Assembly: GCF_006345805.1 (NCBI RefSeq)
Contig: NC_043001.1
Span: 109,120,001-109,184,000 of the forward strand
Length of the DNA: 64,000 bases
Source of the DNA: Octopus sinensis
Lineage: Eukaryota
Reading direction: 5' to 3'
The notes beneath the pieces are model-generated. The model had not been told where the DNA came from, did no database searches, and saw nothing but the letters and a program-made list of their open reading frames with translations. Every line of letters begins with the position of its first letter. The first letter of the stretch is position 1. The position numbers were made by a program, and so were the translations under genes. Below are positions 24,601 to 37,779 of the stretch, piece by piece.

Positions 24601-26019
24601 TGGAAGAAATATTATGATGAAATATACATTATGACATTACAGAAAGTGCATGTTATATAAAATTAATTTAAATTAATTGCGAAATAAACAGTTAAGAAAT
24701 AAATGAGAAAATTCTTTCATCTTAACACAGTTTCTTAGAGAAACAATCTTATGTTTTTTGCTCTTTAAGAACTAAAAAATAACAACAACAACAAGTGGAT
24801 AGAAGTAATAAGGATTTAACAACGGTTACTTAATTGATAACTTTTGCAATCGATCTTGTAAGGCGTTAAATAAAGTGACTAATAGAGTTAATAGAGTACT
24901 TGGTTGTAGGTTTTATTAGTTAATCTATTGATGATAATTATTTGAATGCAATAAGTAATTGCAAGAAGGCATATGCTCTTTTGTGAGTCAGTTTTAGGCG
25001 TACAAATATAATTATTAGTAATAAACTAGATCGTACTATAGGTGATAGGTTGTTAAGTTATTATAAGCTTTTGTCGAACATTAGGTCAGAACAATTTACC
25101 TTGGTACAAACTCTGTTGGATATGTTTATATGTGGATCGAAATATTGTAAATGAGGATTTAAGAAAAATAACGAAGAGAGTTGCAGCTATTCAGACCATG
25201 TTTCTATTTGAGGGAGGCCTTCCTCCTCCTTCACGCATGTCTTGGAGGTAATTTGAAGCGCTATATGTACTCTCCTGAATAAACGAGAGAAACCATTGAA
25301 TTTTTTTTATTGAACACAACTGTTTCGAACTTACATACGCTCAAATCAAAACTTTGTGATGACCATAGAAACCAATCGTGTTTATATCTATACATTAACT
25401 AAAATACGAATTGAAATTCTAAAAATCGTAGCAAATGGTTCGTTATTTTTGAGGGATATAGGAAATTTTACACTAAACACTTTTGCCGTAGGAAAATCCG
25501 TCGTAAAAAAAAAAAATGAATAGCGAAGAACAAAAAAAAAAGAAGAAAAAATTAGAAAGAAATGGGCATTTTTTTAAAGTGGCAGCTTCATCAACTAATC
25601 TACCAATTACAGAAAGCTAGTTTCTTGAAAATGAATTTTCTAATTTACAATTTGCTTCTGGGTCTCATTTATGGAAAAAATTTCCTGCAGCAAATTTTTC
25701 CACAGCAAAAATGTTTACAGAGAATCTTCCGGACCAGATTTTTACAAGACTAAATAATGTTAATCAACACAAACACTAAGAATCTATTATTCTTCCATAT
25801 AGACCTAATTTCTATACATTTCAAATTCTTCTTTAGTCAACATACCCCGACCGTTAGTAACCCACGCGCAACTTCCTTTTCGAGATTAGTTAGGAATCTG
25901 AAGAAGGCAAACAAAATCTGTAGATTTCTTTAAGAGTTTAAACATATACCGGAAACGGAAGATCATATCATGTATGCACTATCGAGATTCAGTTTATTTG
26001 CAATCGTTGCAGTGTTATA

Positions 26020-26670
26020 TAAAGGCAACCAGCAGAAGCAATTTTAGTCGAATGTATCGCACCACTTGTTTTTAAAATCCTGGTACGTATTCTATTAAGG
26101 TCTTTTGCCGAACCGCTAGATTTGGTACACGAATGGAAACACATAAACACTAGTTGTCTAGTTGTGGTGAGGGACAAACACTCACGCAAAGACACGCGCA
26201 TACTCACTCAGACACAAACACACTCGCACACACGCGCACACACACTCATGCACACAGAGACTCAGACACACACAGAGACTCAGACTTACACACACACACG
26301 CCGACACACATACACACTCAGACACCACACACACACACACTCAGACATACATACCCTCAGAGAGAAACACACTCAGATGCACTCACATTCGCACACCCAC
26401 CCACTCAGACACACAGACAGACACGCATACACACACGCAGACACACACACCACACTCAGACATACACATGCATATACACTCAGACATAGACACACAGAGA
26501 AACACACACAAATTTATATAACTATGTGTGTATGTTTCAGTTTTCGTCTATCAACGCACAATTTGTGGGCCCGAGGCTACAGTAGAAGTCACTTGCCCAT
26601 GATGCTACGCAATGGGACTGAACCCGGAAGTATATGGTTGGTAAGCAAGCATGTTACCACTCCGCCACTC
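26020..26670 (-). mobile_element. SINE family B with its internal (CA)n expanded to ~350 bp
   Basis: 5' half at 26525-26670, 3' half at 26020-26170, CA-rich expansion between. Confidence 0.75.
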
Positions 26671-26869
26671 TTAAGCCCATTTATTTACTTCCTAGACTTA
26701 TTTGATTTCATTTATGAAATACAGGAAAAACATTATATTTTTACATTACGGCGTATCATCAGTAATTATGAAAATTTTCTTATTACAAGTTAAGAGAATA
26801 TTTCAGTTTTACGATAATAATTTTATCTCTTCCTTTTTGCCAACTTAATACTTTCAGACTTTAGATAGA

Positions 26870-26939
26870 AATCATCATCAAGCATCTTCTTTTCTTCTTC
26901 TTCTTCTTCTTCTTCTTCTTCTTCTCTTTTCTTCTTCTC

Positions 26940-26970
<31 letters not shown>

Positions 26971-27203
26971 TTCTTCTTCTCTTCTTCTTCTTTTCTTTTC
27001 TTTTCGTCTTCCTTTCTCTTCTTCTTCTTCTTCGTTTTACTTTTCTTCTTCTTCTTCGTCTTCCTTTTTTCTTATTCTTCTTCGTCTTACTTTTCTTCTT
27101 TTCTTCGTCTCCTTTTCTTCGTCTTCTTTCTTTTCTTCTTTCCTTTTCTTCTTCTTCTTCTTCTTCTTCCTTCTCTTCCTCTCCTTCTTCTTCTTCTTCA
27201 ATT

Positions 27204-27258
<55 letters not shown>

Positions 27259-27273
27259 TTCCTTCTTCTTCAT

Positions 27274-27305
<32 letters not shown>

Positions 27306-27400
27306 ACATCAGCAGCAGCAGCAGTATCATCATCATCATCAAGTTTTTCTGCTACTACTACTACTACTACTACTACTACTATACTACTACTACTACTGCA
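26870..27400. repeat. Compound triplet microsatellite (TTC)n-(ATC)n-(AGC)n-(CTA)n
   Basis: Direct inspection; frame-breaking indels argue against coding. Confidence 0.95.
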
Positions 27401-27967
27401 AACTTCTACCAACTTCACTTCTTTCTTTTCTTCACTTCTTCTTTACGCCTATCATACTAATCCGTTTGTACAAAGAATGAATGAGAGGGAGAGAGACGAA
27501 AAGAGAAGGGGAAAGAGAAAGAGAGAGAGAGAGAGAGAGAGGAGAATTAGAGAGAAAGAGGGAAAGGGGAACATTGTAAGGAATCAATAGTTTCTTTTTC
27601 CGTGTAGACATTTTATTGCCCCCTCCTTGCTTCTTTTTAATGACATGTTAATCAAGTTCCTATTTATAAACTCTTTACTCGATATCTGTACATAAAGATA
27701 GCATTCCTTGAACGATATCATAAGATCGAAACATGGCCGATTTTAACGAAATCATGTTATACGGCGGAAATAACTAGTAATTTCCATATTGAGTGCTTTA
27801 ACTGATAAAATGTATTGGGAGAAGAAATATGCACATGCACACTTACACACTCACACAAAAACACACACACACAAGCACACATAGGCATACACACATGTAT
27901 ATTTATATACATATATGTGTGTGTGTATATGGAAAACGGACGTTAAACGATGATGATGATGATGATG

Positions 27968-28167
27968 AATGTGACCGCGTGTGTATCGTTGGCGATTTTT
28001 TTCCTCCGTCTTCCTTTCCTTGGATCTTTCCTTTTCCTATGTTTCTGACGAAGAGCTCCGCTCGAAACGTTAAATCCTCCTTTTCCTTCCCGAGCGTCCA
28101 ATAACGCTATACTTGTTCCACGTCCTCACGTTGTTGTGTTTTCTCTTTGTGTTTTCATGCTTGAATA

Positions 28168-28172
<5 letters not shown>
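27968..28172 (+). mobile_element. PLE pLTR-type short repeat with intact minimal HHR
   Basis: ttt-CUGACGA-A-GAG-ctccg-CUC-GAAA-CG-UU-aaa at 28042-28074; ends in (TA)n. Confidence 0.75.
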
Positions 28173-28209
<37 letters not shown>

Positions 28210-28214
<5 letters not shown>

Positions 28215-28670
28215 ATAATAAATATTAGGGAATAAATCCAACTTACAGGGAAAAATCAGATTTAGGATTGAAATCCATTTTATAGTAAAATATTATATTA
28301 TATTAAATTAGAGACAAAACCACTATTAGGCAAATCAAACAATGAAAAACTTAAGCCAATACATATGATTAGTTTATATTATTTAAAATGTAACAAAATT
28401 ATTAAAATATAATTAATATCACACTACGATCGTTTCATGCCGGCGAGGTTTTTAAACCTCGCCAAGAAAAATATTTAAACCACCTGATGAATGACTGCGA
28501 CTCAAAAAATTTGAAGACAGCAGGCATGAAACGATCGTAGTGTGATATTAATTATATTTTTTAATAATTTTGTTACATATTTAAATAATATAAATTAATC
28601 ATATGTATTGGCTTAAGTTTTTCATTGTTTGATTTGCCTAATAGGGGTTTGTCTCTAATTTAATATAATA

Positions 28671-28675
<5 letters not shown>
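28210..28675 (+). mobile_element. Fold-back PLE pLTR remnant with HHR
   Basis: Inverted arms ~28290-28441 / ~28524-28670; HHR cac-CUGAUGA-AUG...CAU-GAAA-CGAUCG-UA-gtg at 28481-28542; flanked by (TA)n. Confidence 0.8.
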
Positions 28676-28701
<26 letters not shown>

Positions 28702-29426
28702 CTAGAAGGTTTGGAGATAGTGTACAGGTATTATATATTAGAAGAAATGAGGTACTCAGAAATCTGGATTGTTTTATATTTACACATTTTTATGAATATG
28801 GTACATGTTTTTATAAATCATATATTAGCGCTTGCATCTACTCTAGTAGACTCTCCAGATTATCTGTTTGACCACCTCCTGTACCTAAACCTCAGAACCA
28901 TCATGGCATCTGATGTAGCTTTTTAATCAAGACAATGTTGAAAAGACACCTATATAGATTACATATCCGATTTGGACCACCAACAGCTGCAGATAAGTTC
29001 TGAACTTTGTGGATCTTAAAATGTCATATCATGGTTATATTTACGTGAATAGAAGCGTCGATGCTCATATTAGTCCCCCGATCACGCATTGTACTTGGCC
29101 CTGGAATGGTCGATTCCTTTGGTCCAAAATATCGTTGTTGCTGCATGTGAGCACCAGGCAGCTGACTGCAGGGCGAGGAGGGAGTGGGGTGGGGGTGGTG
29201 CTTGCAATTTGCCTACATTAAATTACATGTTGTTTTCTTCAGCCCATCTCTATATAACATCGATACCTTTCTGTAAAAGATTACCATCAGAAAGTTCCTT
29301 GCCTGCTTATACTACTTGTGTGTGGTGTGGTGCGTGTGTGTGTGTGTGTGTGTGCGTGCGCGTGTGTGGTGTGTGTCAGTGTGTGTGTGTGTGTGTGTGC
29401 GCGTGTGTGGTGTGTGTCAGTGTGTG

Positions 29427-29516
<90 letters not shown>

Positions 29517-30989
29517 ATACGAAATGTATAGAGTATTGCTGAGATATTGTATTTGCTTTCTAATGCATACAAACAGTTATGCTCCTGGTCTCAACAGGCC
29601 CTCCATTTACCTAATACTGAATAGTTTTATTAAAGAAACGCATTACCAGAAAATTCAAAATATATATTCGATTTAATATAATTATACAAATCATTAACAA
29701 AAGAATTTCACAACTCTGACAATGAGAAAATATCTACAAATGTCCTCCAGTCCGAGTTCAAAACAGTTTATTATAAAACGTCCTAATTCATTGATGTAAG
29801 TTTAGTAGATTATCCTACATAATATCACGGTTGTTAACCTCCTCTGTAATTGTTTTTCTCATAATTCACTGCAAAGTTTCTACTATTTGTACTGTTCTCC
29901 AACGTATATTGCTCCATTTTCACCATATATGTATATCTCTAAATACTTTTCGAATTCTTAGTATTATTAAAAAACCCTTGAGGTGAAAGACGCTAACTGT
30001 AAGAAATTTTCTGCATATATACGTATACAAACATAACATACATGCGTACATATATTCACACATCCACATACATATGTCTGTGTATATGTGTGCATGTTCA
30101 TATGTGTGAATATACTAATACGTAGAAGTTTTAAAATATACATATATATATATGTGTGTGTATGTGTGTGTGTGTGTGTAATATATAAAATTGAATGGAG
30201 TCAACCGGAAGAAGTACACACATATACATACATACCTATACATACATATATACATACACACATATATATATACATACCCACATATATATGTGTATGTATA
30301 TACATATATATATATGTATGTATGTATGTATATATACATATATGTATGTATGTACATACGCGTTCGAGTTGAACGAACCATAACTTTACGTCTATTAACG
30401 ACCGCATGTACCCTCTAGCAATTGTCCATTTACTTAATATTTGGAGACCAGTGTTTTCGAGGTGGGGCCTTTGCTTTTGTGTTCACTATAATGCTACATT
30501 TTTAATAAAGATATTTCTCTTTAATAACTAATTGCTTTGAGCTAAATTCCACAAAAGTGATTTGGGGTGACGTTTAATTACGGTTACAACATGTAAGCCA
30601 TAAAGTTACTTTCTACCCCACCTTTAAAAAAATGTAAACTTGACGTCTTCCTCTATACAGGCGAGATCTGCTCTAATCTGTTCCAGAATTTAATGGTCTT
30701 CATATAATGTTCATTTGATACTGTAACACTTTCATTTGAGGTTTTTCTCATTGCAGAAATACTGGACCTTTGGCTTCACAGAAGAGACTGAGATCCTATC
30801 TTAAGATGCACAGCGTTTTACAGTTTTGTATTTAAATATTTCTTTACACTTCATTGTAGAGACAAATGAATGTAACGTACGATTATTTTACTCCAATTAT
30901 TGCGGAAATCGATAGAGACATTCATGGATATTCGCTTAGCACTGTTACGATGATAGCCTTGATAATGTCCCAGATATCATGATGTACAC

Positions 30990-31157
30990 AGACAACACAT
31001 AATGCCGGTGGAGAGCTTCTTCAAATGCGGTGCACACATGCAAGATTGCCTCTCCCGTGTGGGCCTATTCAGCCGCAATAGACACTGCACCACCGTCAGC
31101 ATCTGACACAAATTCTCTAATCACAAATCTACGGTGTCTCATGACTGATAGATTGCC

Positions 31158-31160
<3 letters not shown>
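30990..31160 (+). mobile_element. RTE-clade LINE 3' end with (ATCT)n tail
   Basis: FKCGAHMQDCLSRVGLFSRNRHCTTVSI* resembles the RTE C-terminal finger; 3'UTR tctcatgactgatagattgcc runs into (ATCT)n. Confidence 0.7.
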
Positions 31161-31190
<30 letters not shown>

Positions 31191-31191
31191 G

Positions 31192-31234
<43 letters not shown>

Positions 31235-31406
31235 CTATCATCTATCTATCTATCTATCTATCTCTATCTATCTATCTATCTATCTGTTTATCGTCTGTCT
31301 GTTGTCTGTCGTCCGTCCGTCTATCTATCTATCTATCATCTATCTATCTTATCTATCTACTATCTATCTATCTATCTATCTATCATCTATCTATCTATCT
31401 ATCTAC

Positions 31407-31441
<35 letters not shown>

Positions 31442-31512
31442 CCAATCTATCTATTTATGTATCTTTCTATCTGTCTGTCTACATCTATCTATCTATCTAT
31501 CTATCTATCTAT

Positions 31513-31551
<39 letters not shown>

Positions 31552-31606
31552 CTATATTATCTATCTATCTATCTGTGTGCATCCCTGTGTGGCTAATAAA
31601 GAAACA

Positions 31607-31647
<41 letters not shown>

Positions 31648-31650
31648 CTA

Positions 31651-31726
<76 letters not shown>

Positions 31727-31727
31727 A
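31160..31727. repeat. (ATCT)n microsatellite containing a 34-bp Tx1 3' tip at 31572-31605
   Basis: tctgtgtgcatccctgtgtggctaataaagaaac matches 33566-33599. Confidence 0.9.
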
Positions 31728-33599
31728 CTGGGATGCGGGACGAGCGTGTCTGCATACGCGACGACGACGTCACCGTCATAGTGTCTAGCCACGAGCACAT
31801 CGAGCAGGTCGGCGAGACACTGAAAAACTACGAAGCGGTGACAGGAGCGAAAATCAACGGGGAAAAGTCAGTGGGCTTGCGACTAGGCACCTGGAAAAGC
31901 AAGCCCATGCCGTCACCAGCGCCTCCGTCGTGGGACGCTGGACCGACGGCCCGGTTGAGTTGCTCGGGGTCTGGTTTGGTCCGGACCTCCAAGTGGAGAA
32001 GAACTGGAACGAGATAACGAGTAGGGTGGTCACTCTCGCCCGGCAATGGGCCGAGAGGAAACTGTCACTAAAAGGTCGGGCGGGGGTGGCGAACACGTAC
32101 ATCGCGTCCGTCATCTACTACCGCCTGACCGTCGTACCTTGTCCCGACCCTACCATCACCAAACTACAACGCATTCTCTTTCGCTTCTTGTGGAAAGGAT
32201 GCGTCCCGATGGTCAGGCGATCCATTTGCTGTCAACACCCGCTAAAAGGAGGGCTGGGCATGCCGTGGTTGATGATGCGCAGACACGCGCTGAGACTGCG
32301 ACATCTCTGGCTCTATGTAGACGACGGTGAACAGGTGTGGTCGCCGTTTGTGAGGCACGCTTTCCCGCAGCTCGTCTCCATGACCGAACTGCAGTCGTGG
32401 ATCAAAAAGAGGCCGAGGTTGGGCGATTGGCACCGCGAGTGTCGCGTTGCTCTCAAGCAACTCTGCCGTCCCGGGACCTTGAGTGACTTCAACACAACCA
32501 AAGCATTCTATAAGTGATTAGTGGAGGGGAGGTACGACGACGAGCTCGGGGCGAACCTAGACGTCGACGAGGAGTACCTGACCCGCCTGTTCAGGACGAC
32601 TTTCGGGCCAGGACCCATGGACAACTTCCAGAGATCCCTGGCCTGGCAGTGCTACCGAGAAGCGCTACCCGTTCGGGATATGCTCTACAGACACGGCTCG
32701 AGAAACACGGGGCCGACCTGCCCTAGATGCGGTCAGAGCGACGAAACCGTTCTGCACGCACTCGTGCAGTGTCCAACAATTTCCGACCTGTGGGCTTATG
32801 TCGAACAACTGCTGTCACGTGTGGGACGAGTCGGTTTATCAGCTGAGTCTATCGTCATATTGTCACGCTCCTTCCTTCAAACGGGAAGGAAGAGCTATTT
32901 TCATCATCCTTGTGGCTATGGCGAAAGAATGTATCTGGTGGACGCGTCTGAAAGGATTGGAGACAAACACTTTCCTCTCTGGTCAATCTCTCATCAACTT
33001 CTTCAAGTACCACTTGAAAAGGAAAGTGAGAGTAGAGAGGCAAGTTTTGTCTAGCGAATGTTTTAAAAAAAGATGGGTGAATATAGCCAGGATGGCACGT
33101 ATGAATGACGAAACCACCTTGAGCATAATCCTATGAACCCAGAAATTGAACAACAGAGGGTTACCCACTGCAAACAAATGTGGTAACATATAACAATATT
33201 GACCAGGTTACCGTGGTCTTTTTCGTAGGCTTTTCTTCCCACGGATAAACCTTACTTGCTTTCCCCTTTACACCATATATCATAACACTGTGATACACGA
33301 TCCCTATTGATCGTTCTTTTTTTTCCTCTCCCTTTTTTTTCCCCTTTTTTCTTCTTTTTTCATTTCTCTTTCCTTTTGTTCCTTTTCCTTTTCTTTTTTT
33401 CTTTTTATTCTTTTTATTTTATTCAATTTTGTTTTTTTGTTTTTGTTCTTTTCTTCCCTTTTACGATCCCTCTTGATCGAAAACCTACGCCACCCCCTTT
33501 TTTTTCTTTTGTTTTTTGTTCTCTTCACCCCCCAAAAGAAAAGCTCTACCTTGTAACTTGTCCCATCTGTGTGCAGCACTGTGTGGCCAATAAAGAAAC
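31728..33599 (+). mobile_element. 5'-truncated Tx1/L1-clade non-LTR retrotransposon (RT from YADD, zf-RVT CCHC, 3'UTR); pseudogenised
   Basis: SAYA[fs]DDVTVIVSS..YEAVTGAKIN.EKS; LLGVWFG; KLSLKGRA; RFLWKG; KGGLGMP; CPRCGQSDETVLHALVQC; one stop (32515-32517) and frameshifts; (ATCT)n on both sides. Confidence 0.93.
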
Positions 33600-33727
33600 T
33601 TATCTATCTATCTATCTATCTATCTGTCTGTCTGTCTGTCTGTCCGTCCGTCTGTCTGCCTGTCTGTCTGTCTGTCTGTCTGGCTGTCTATCTATCTATC
33701 TATATATCTATCTATCTATCTACGTAC

Positions 33728-33791
<64 letters not shown>

Positions 33792-34008
33792 TTATCTATA
33801 ATAATACATATGGGCATAGTAAAGTCTCCTGGCTTTAAGGGTCTCACGAAAGGCCTGGTTCGATTTCCCTTACAGGGCTTAGAAAAACTGAAGGAACACT
33901 GCAATAAGTGTGTGAATCTGAGAGAGAAATACAAGGGATAAAATCATAATTAATGGAATTCCTGTATTTTATTTTAAACCAAGTCAGGAGCCTTTCAATT
34001 CGTATATA

Positions 34009-34062
<54 letters not shown>

Positions 34063-36828
34063 CGCGGTGGTAAGCACATAAATGCACAAAAAGGTGGGAG
34101 AAATAGTACTCGAATACTACCGAAGCTACAGTAATATGGGGTCGATTTTCTTGACTAGATGTGGTGCTCCAGCATGGCCGCAGTCAAATGACTGAAGAAA
34201 TTGAAAGACTAAAAGAAAGAATCAAATTCGGTGTCAATTGTCGAGGTAACCAATTTGCAAATATTTTTTCGATATTTAATGTCATTCACCGTTTTGTATT
34301 ATGTATTGTGACTCCTGTCTATTTGTGCACCAAGCTTGTGACTCGTTTGTCCGCACAAATCAAAATGTCCACTGGCTGGCAATTCTCGTCAGTCGTCACA
34401 GTTGGTGCCATTCAATGTGTGGCATTCTTCGATGCTAGTTCCGTGTTTTTTTAAACATCATCCAGCATTGTTGCTCATTTCTCTTTCCAATGATGTCATC
34501 TCTGTAAATAAAACCTGTAACCTATTGTAATGGGAAAGCCAGGCCATTTCTTCGTAAAGAATTTAATGGCGATACGTTACTCTTGGTTGGGAAACTATTA
34601 TTTTTGTGTAACGAAGCAAAGCAATACGAAAGCTTACTATAGAGGAAGAGTTATTCTACCAATATGTACAATTTGCACGAACTAAGAAAAAAAAAAAATA
34701 TAGCTATGCCTACTTTTGCAATTCTCTCGGTATGACCCTCATATTTGCTTAAAGTAAGTTTGTGTATCATGTGTAGACAGTATAGATGTATGGGAATATA
34801 GGGAAAAAGTAAGAACAATAAGATAATAAGATATAAAAGAGAAAAAGTGAAAAGAAATAATGCGAATAAAAAAGAGAGAAAAAGAGAAAAATATAAATGT
34901 GAAAGGAAGAAACGAATCTAATAGACAATTTGTCAAATAATAGTATGATCGATAAATCTTCGTGTTTTATCAGTATTTACCAATAAAAAGACAGTAAATT
35001 TGTTTTTACATAAAGTCTTCGTGAGAAGTAGGATAGGTTACTTTCATGTATTATTAAGTATTTGTTTTTTCTAAGCGTAATTCTGTAGAAATATTTGGAG
35101 AATGAATAATAGTAATATCGAAAGAATAAAAACGAAAGTAAAGCTATAAATTATAACGTGTAAATATTGGGTTAAAGATGCTTTGGATAGTAAGGGTCAA
35201 TGGTTGCCCGTGGGACTCGAAACCCAAATCTCTTGTAAACATAACATTATTCTACCATTGGACCGAAGCGAACCATATTATTGCCTTCACCAATTTAGAA
35301 ACTTTATTCTTACCAATGACAGTTGTATGTATATAAGAATGTAAAAGATCCGAGAACGGGAAATATTTCTTTCTTTGCTTTTGAACGGTGAATCTTAAAG
35401 CAAACAAAGCTATAAATAATTGTATGAAAACATTGGGTTAGAAACCCTTTTGGATAGAAAAATTCCACGGCTGCCCGTGGGACTCAAATCTACATTTCCT
35501 GTAAACACGATATGTGTTCTAACATAGAGCCATTTAAACGCTATTATGCATAGCTTTTAACCCATTGCCTGCTATAAGTCCCATTTGGAGATCTGCTAAA
35601 AACAGTCTCACTGCCGGTTTTTCGTTGTATTTAAAATGAATTGCTTATGTACGTTGAATTTGCAGAGGTGTGTTTAAAAATATTCAGAAGGTAAATATTG
35701 TCATTTTCACGTAGAATGGGTCTCGAAATATGAACATTCAGAGTTAAAGAACCGTTTGTACCCATTTTCCCAGACATCTAAATGCCTGCGCATCTCTGTG
35801 GCTTGTTGCAAGAATTTTAGCTAGTTGGCTGAATATAATTTTCTTCGGGAAAACTGTTCGGTATGCAAAATATTCATTTAGCGTACATTTGTATGTTCTC
35901 TCCTAGCACATCTATGCATATATAGTCTTCTCGTGGTTTGTAGATCACCTCCCATCTAGCTAAAGTCAATAGGCTCACAATAGTCTGCTTGTGGTTCGTT
36001 TATCAAATTTCAGTCCATTAGTCGATTTTAATTTTCTCGAACAAAAAAAATTCGTTATTCAATTTGTTCGTTCAGAGAACCGTTCGTATATGTATATCCA
36101 GTTGCATATAATAAAAATGTTAACTGCTCCACGACTATCATATTTAGAATAGTGCAGTTTAATTATGTTTCGAGTAACATATTTATATCATTTAGGTAAT
36201 TTATATTATTTAGGATCTGATATGAAATTCCTTATTAAATGTATAATGTGGATAAATTATAATTATAAGTTATACAAATATAGAATGATAATTTGATAGC
36301 TTTATCTTCCAGATTGGTTAATCTAGGGAATCGATTTTCGATTTATATTATATATTTATTATTAGAAATTTAAGTACAAAGAAATTGATCTTTTTTCTTA
36401 CGAATATATGATATATGCTCCATTTTTAATGGATGCACTCTTAGCTGTAGTTGAATTATAAGATCTGTTGACGCCTGTATTTGAATTAGATCTAAAGGGT
36501 GCCCAATTTTACGTTCAGTAAAAATCATTTTCTCCTTCTCCAAGATCTCTATGACAAGGAAATAACATGCTTCAATGTATCTGTAAGGAATCGTAATTAT
36601 GTGGGAATTGTTACGCTAGCCTAACTTAAATCGTGATAAAAATGTGGCCGATGTCTGTGTGTGATGAAGTATTATTTTTCTACATTGCATTGATAAAGTA
36701 TATAATTAGATACGGCTCTTAGATTCTACGGGTCAGGGTTACTTAAAATAATACAATTTCAGTTTACATTGCGATTGAGTTTACAGTTTACAGTTCTGAG
36801 TAATTAACTTGGTTATGTTAATTAAGTG

Positions 36829-37158
36829 AGACGCGTGGCTTAATGGTTACGGTATTCGGCTCACGGTCTTAGGGCTGTGAGTTCGATTCTAAGCGAGATG
36901 GGAGTCGAACTCAGGACCTTACGATTTTGAGAGTACCTTACTCCAGTGCACTCAGCCAGCAAAATGAGTAATATCAGTAATTCAAAGGGCCAGCTTTGTC
37001 ACGTTCTGTGTCACGCCAAATCTCCCTGAGAACCATATTAAAGGTACGCGTGTTTGTGGAGTGCTCAACCAAATTGGACGTTAATTTCACGTACAGGCTG
37101 GTTTGTGGATCGGATCGACTGGAACCCTCGTCGTCGTCGCCGACGGAGTAACAACCTA
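36829..37158 (+). mobile_element. SINE family C with an internal inverted copy of its head
   Basis: gacgcgtggcttaatggttacggtattcggctcac...ctggaaccctcgtcgtcgtcgccgacggag. Confidence 0.8.
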
Positions 37159-37779
37159 TCTGAATTAGGAGTATTCATGTAATCCATGAAGTAAACAGAA
37201 TTCAGTGTGGTGTAGTGGAATATGATATTTTATTGGTATTTCCACAGAATATTTCTATAATAATTGTAGACTAAAATGTTTTAAAGCAATTTAATGACAG
37301 ACCGAGCTAAAGAAATAGTCATCGTTAGGATAAATATTATGCTTTAATGCAAATAAACTTTTTCATATACGAGTGGCTGTATGTATTCTTTTCTTGATAA
37401 CGTGTTTAAGATGAAAAACTTTGGTTTAAAGTTTCTCTTAGCAACATTATATTAGGTTGTAAATTTAGTGAACATTTACTCATGAATAAAGTGTGACAAC
37501 ATAAGCAGGATATGTCTGACAAGATGATTAATAAATTGACTAAAACACTGAAAACGTTATGTACAGTGTTGAAAGCATTATTTCGTTTCCCAAAAGGCTA
37601 ATGCAGTAAACGACATAGGTGTAAGTTAATGTTTAAGAAATTGTCATTCATGAATTTGGTTCCTCTCGTGATGAGAAATAAGAAGACTTGAGCTAAAACT
37701 GTAGATCTTTGGAATTCTCATAGTCGTTTATTTCAATATTTTAATAATGCAAATATAATTCTCAGTATTAACCAATATA

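Noticed and set aside
26870-27400. Poly-Ser or poly-Glu/Asp coding exon
   Set aside because: Frequent frame-breaking indels and no splice context
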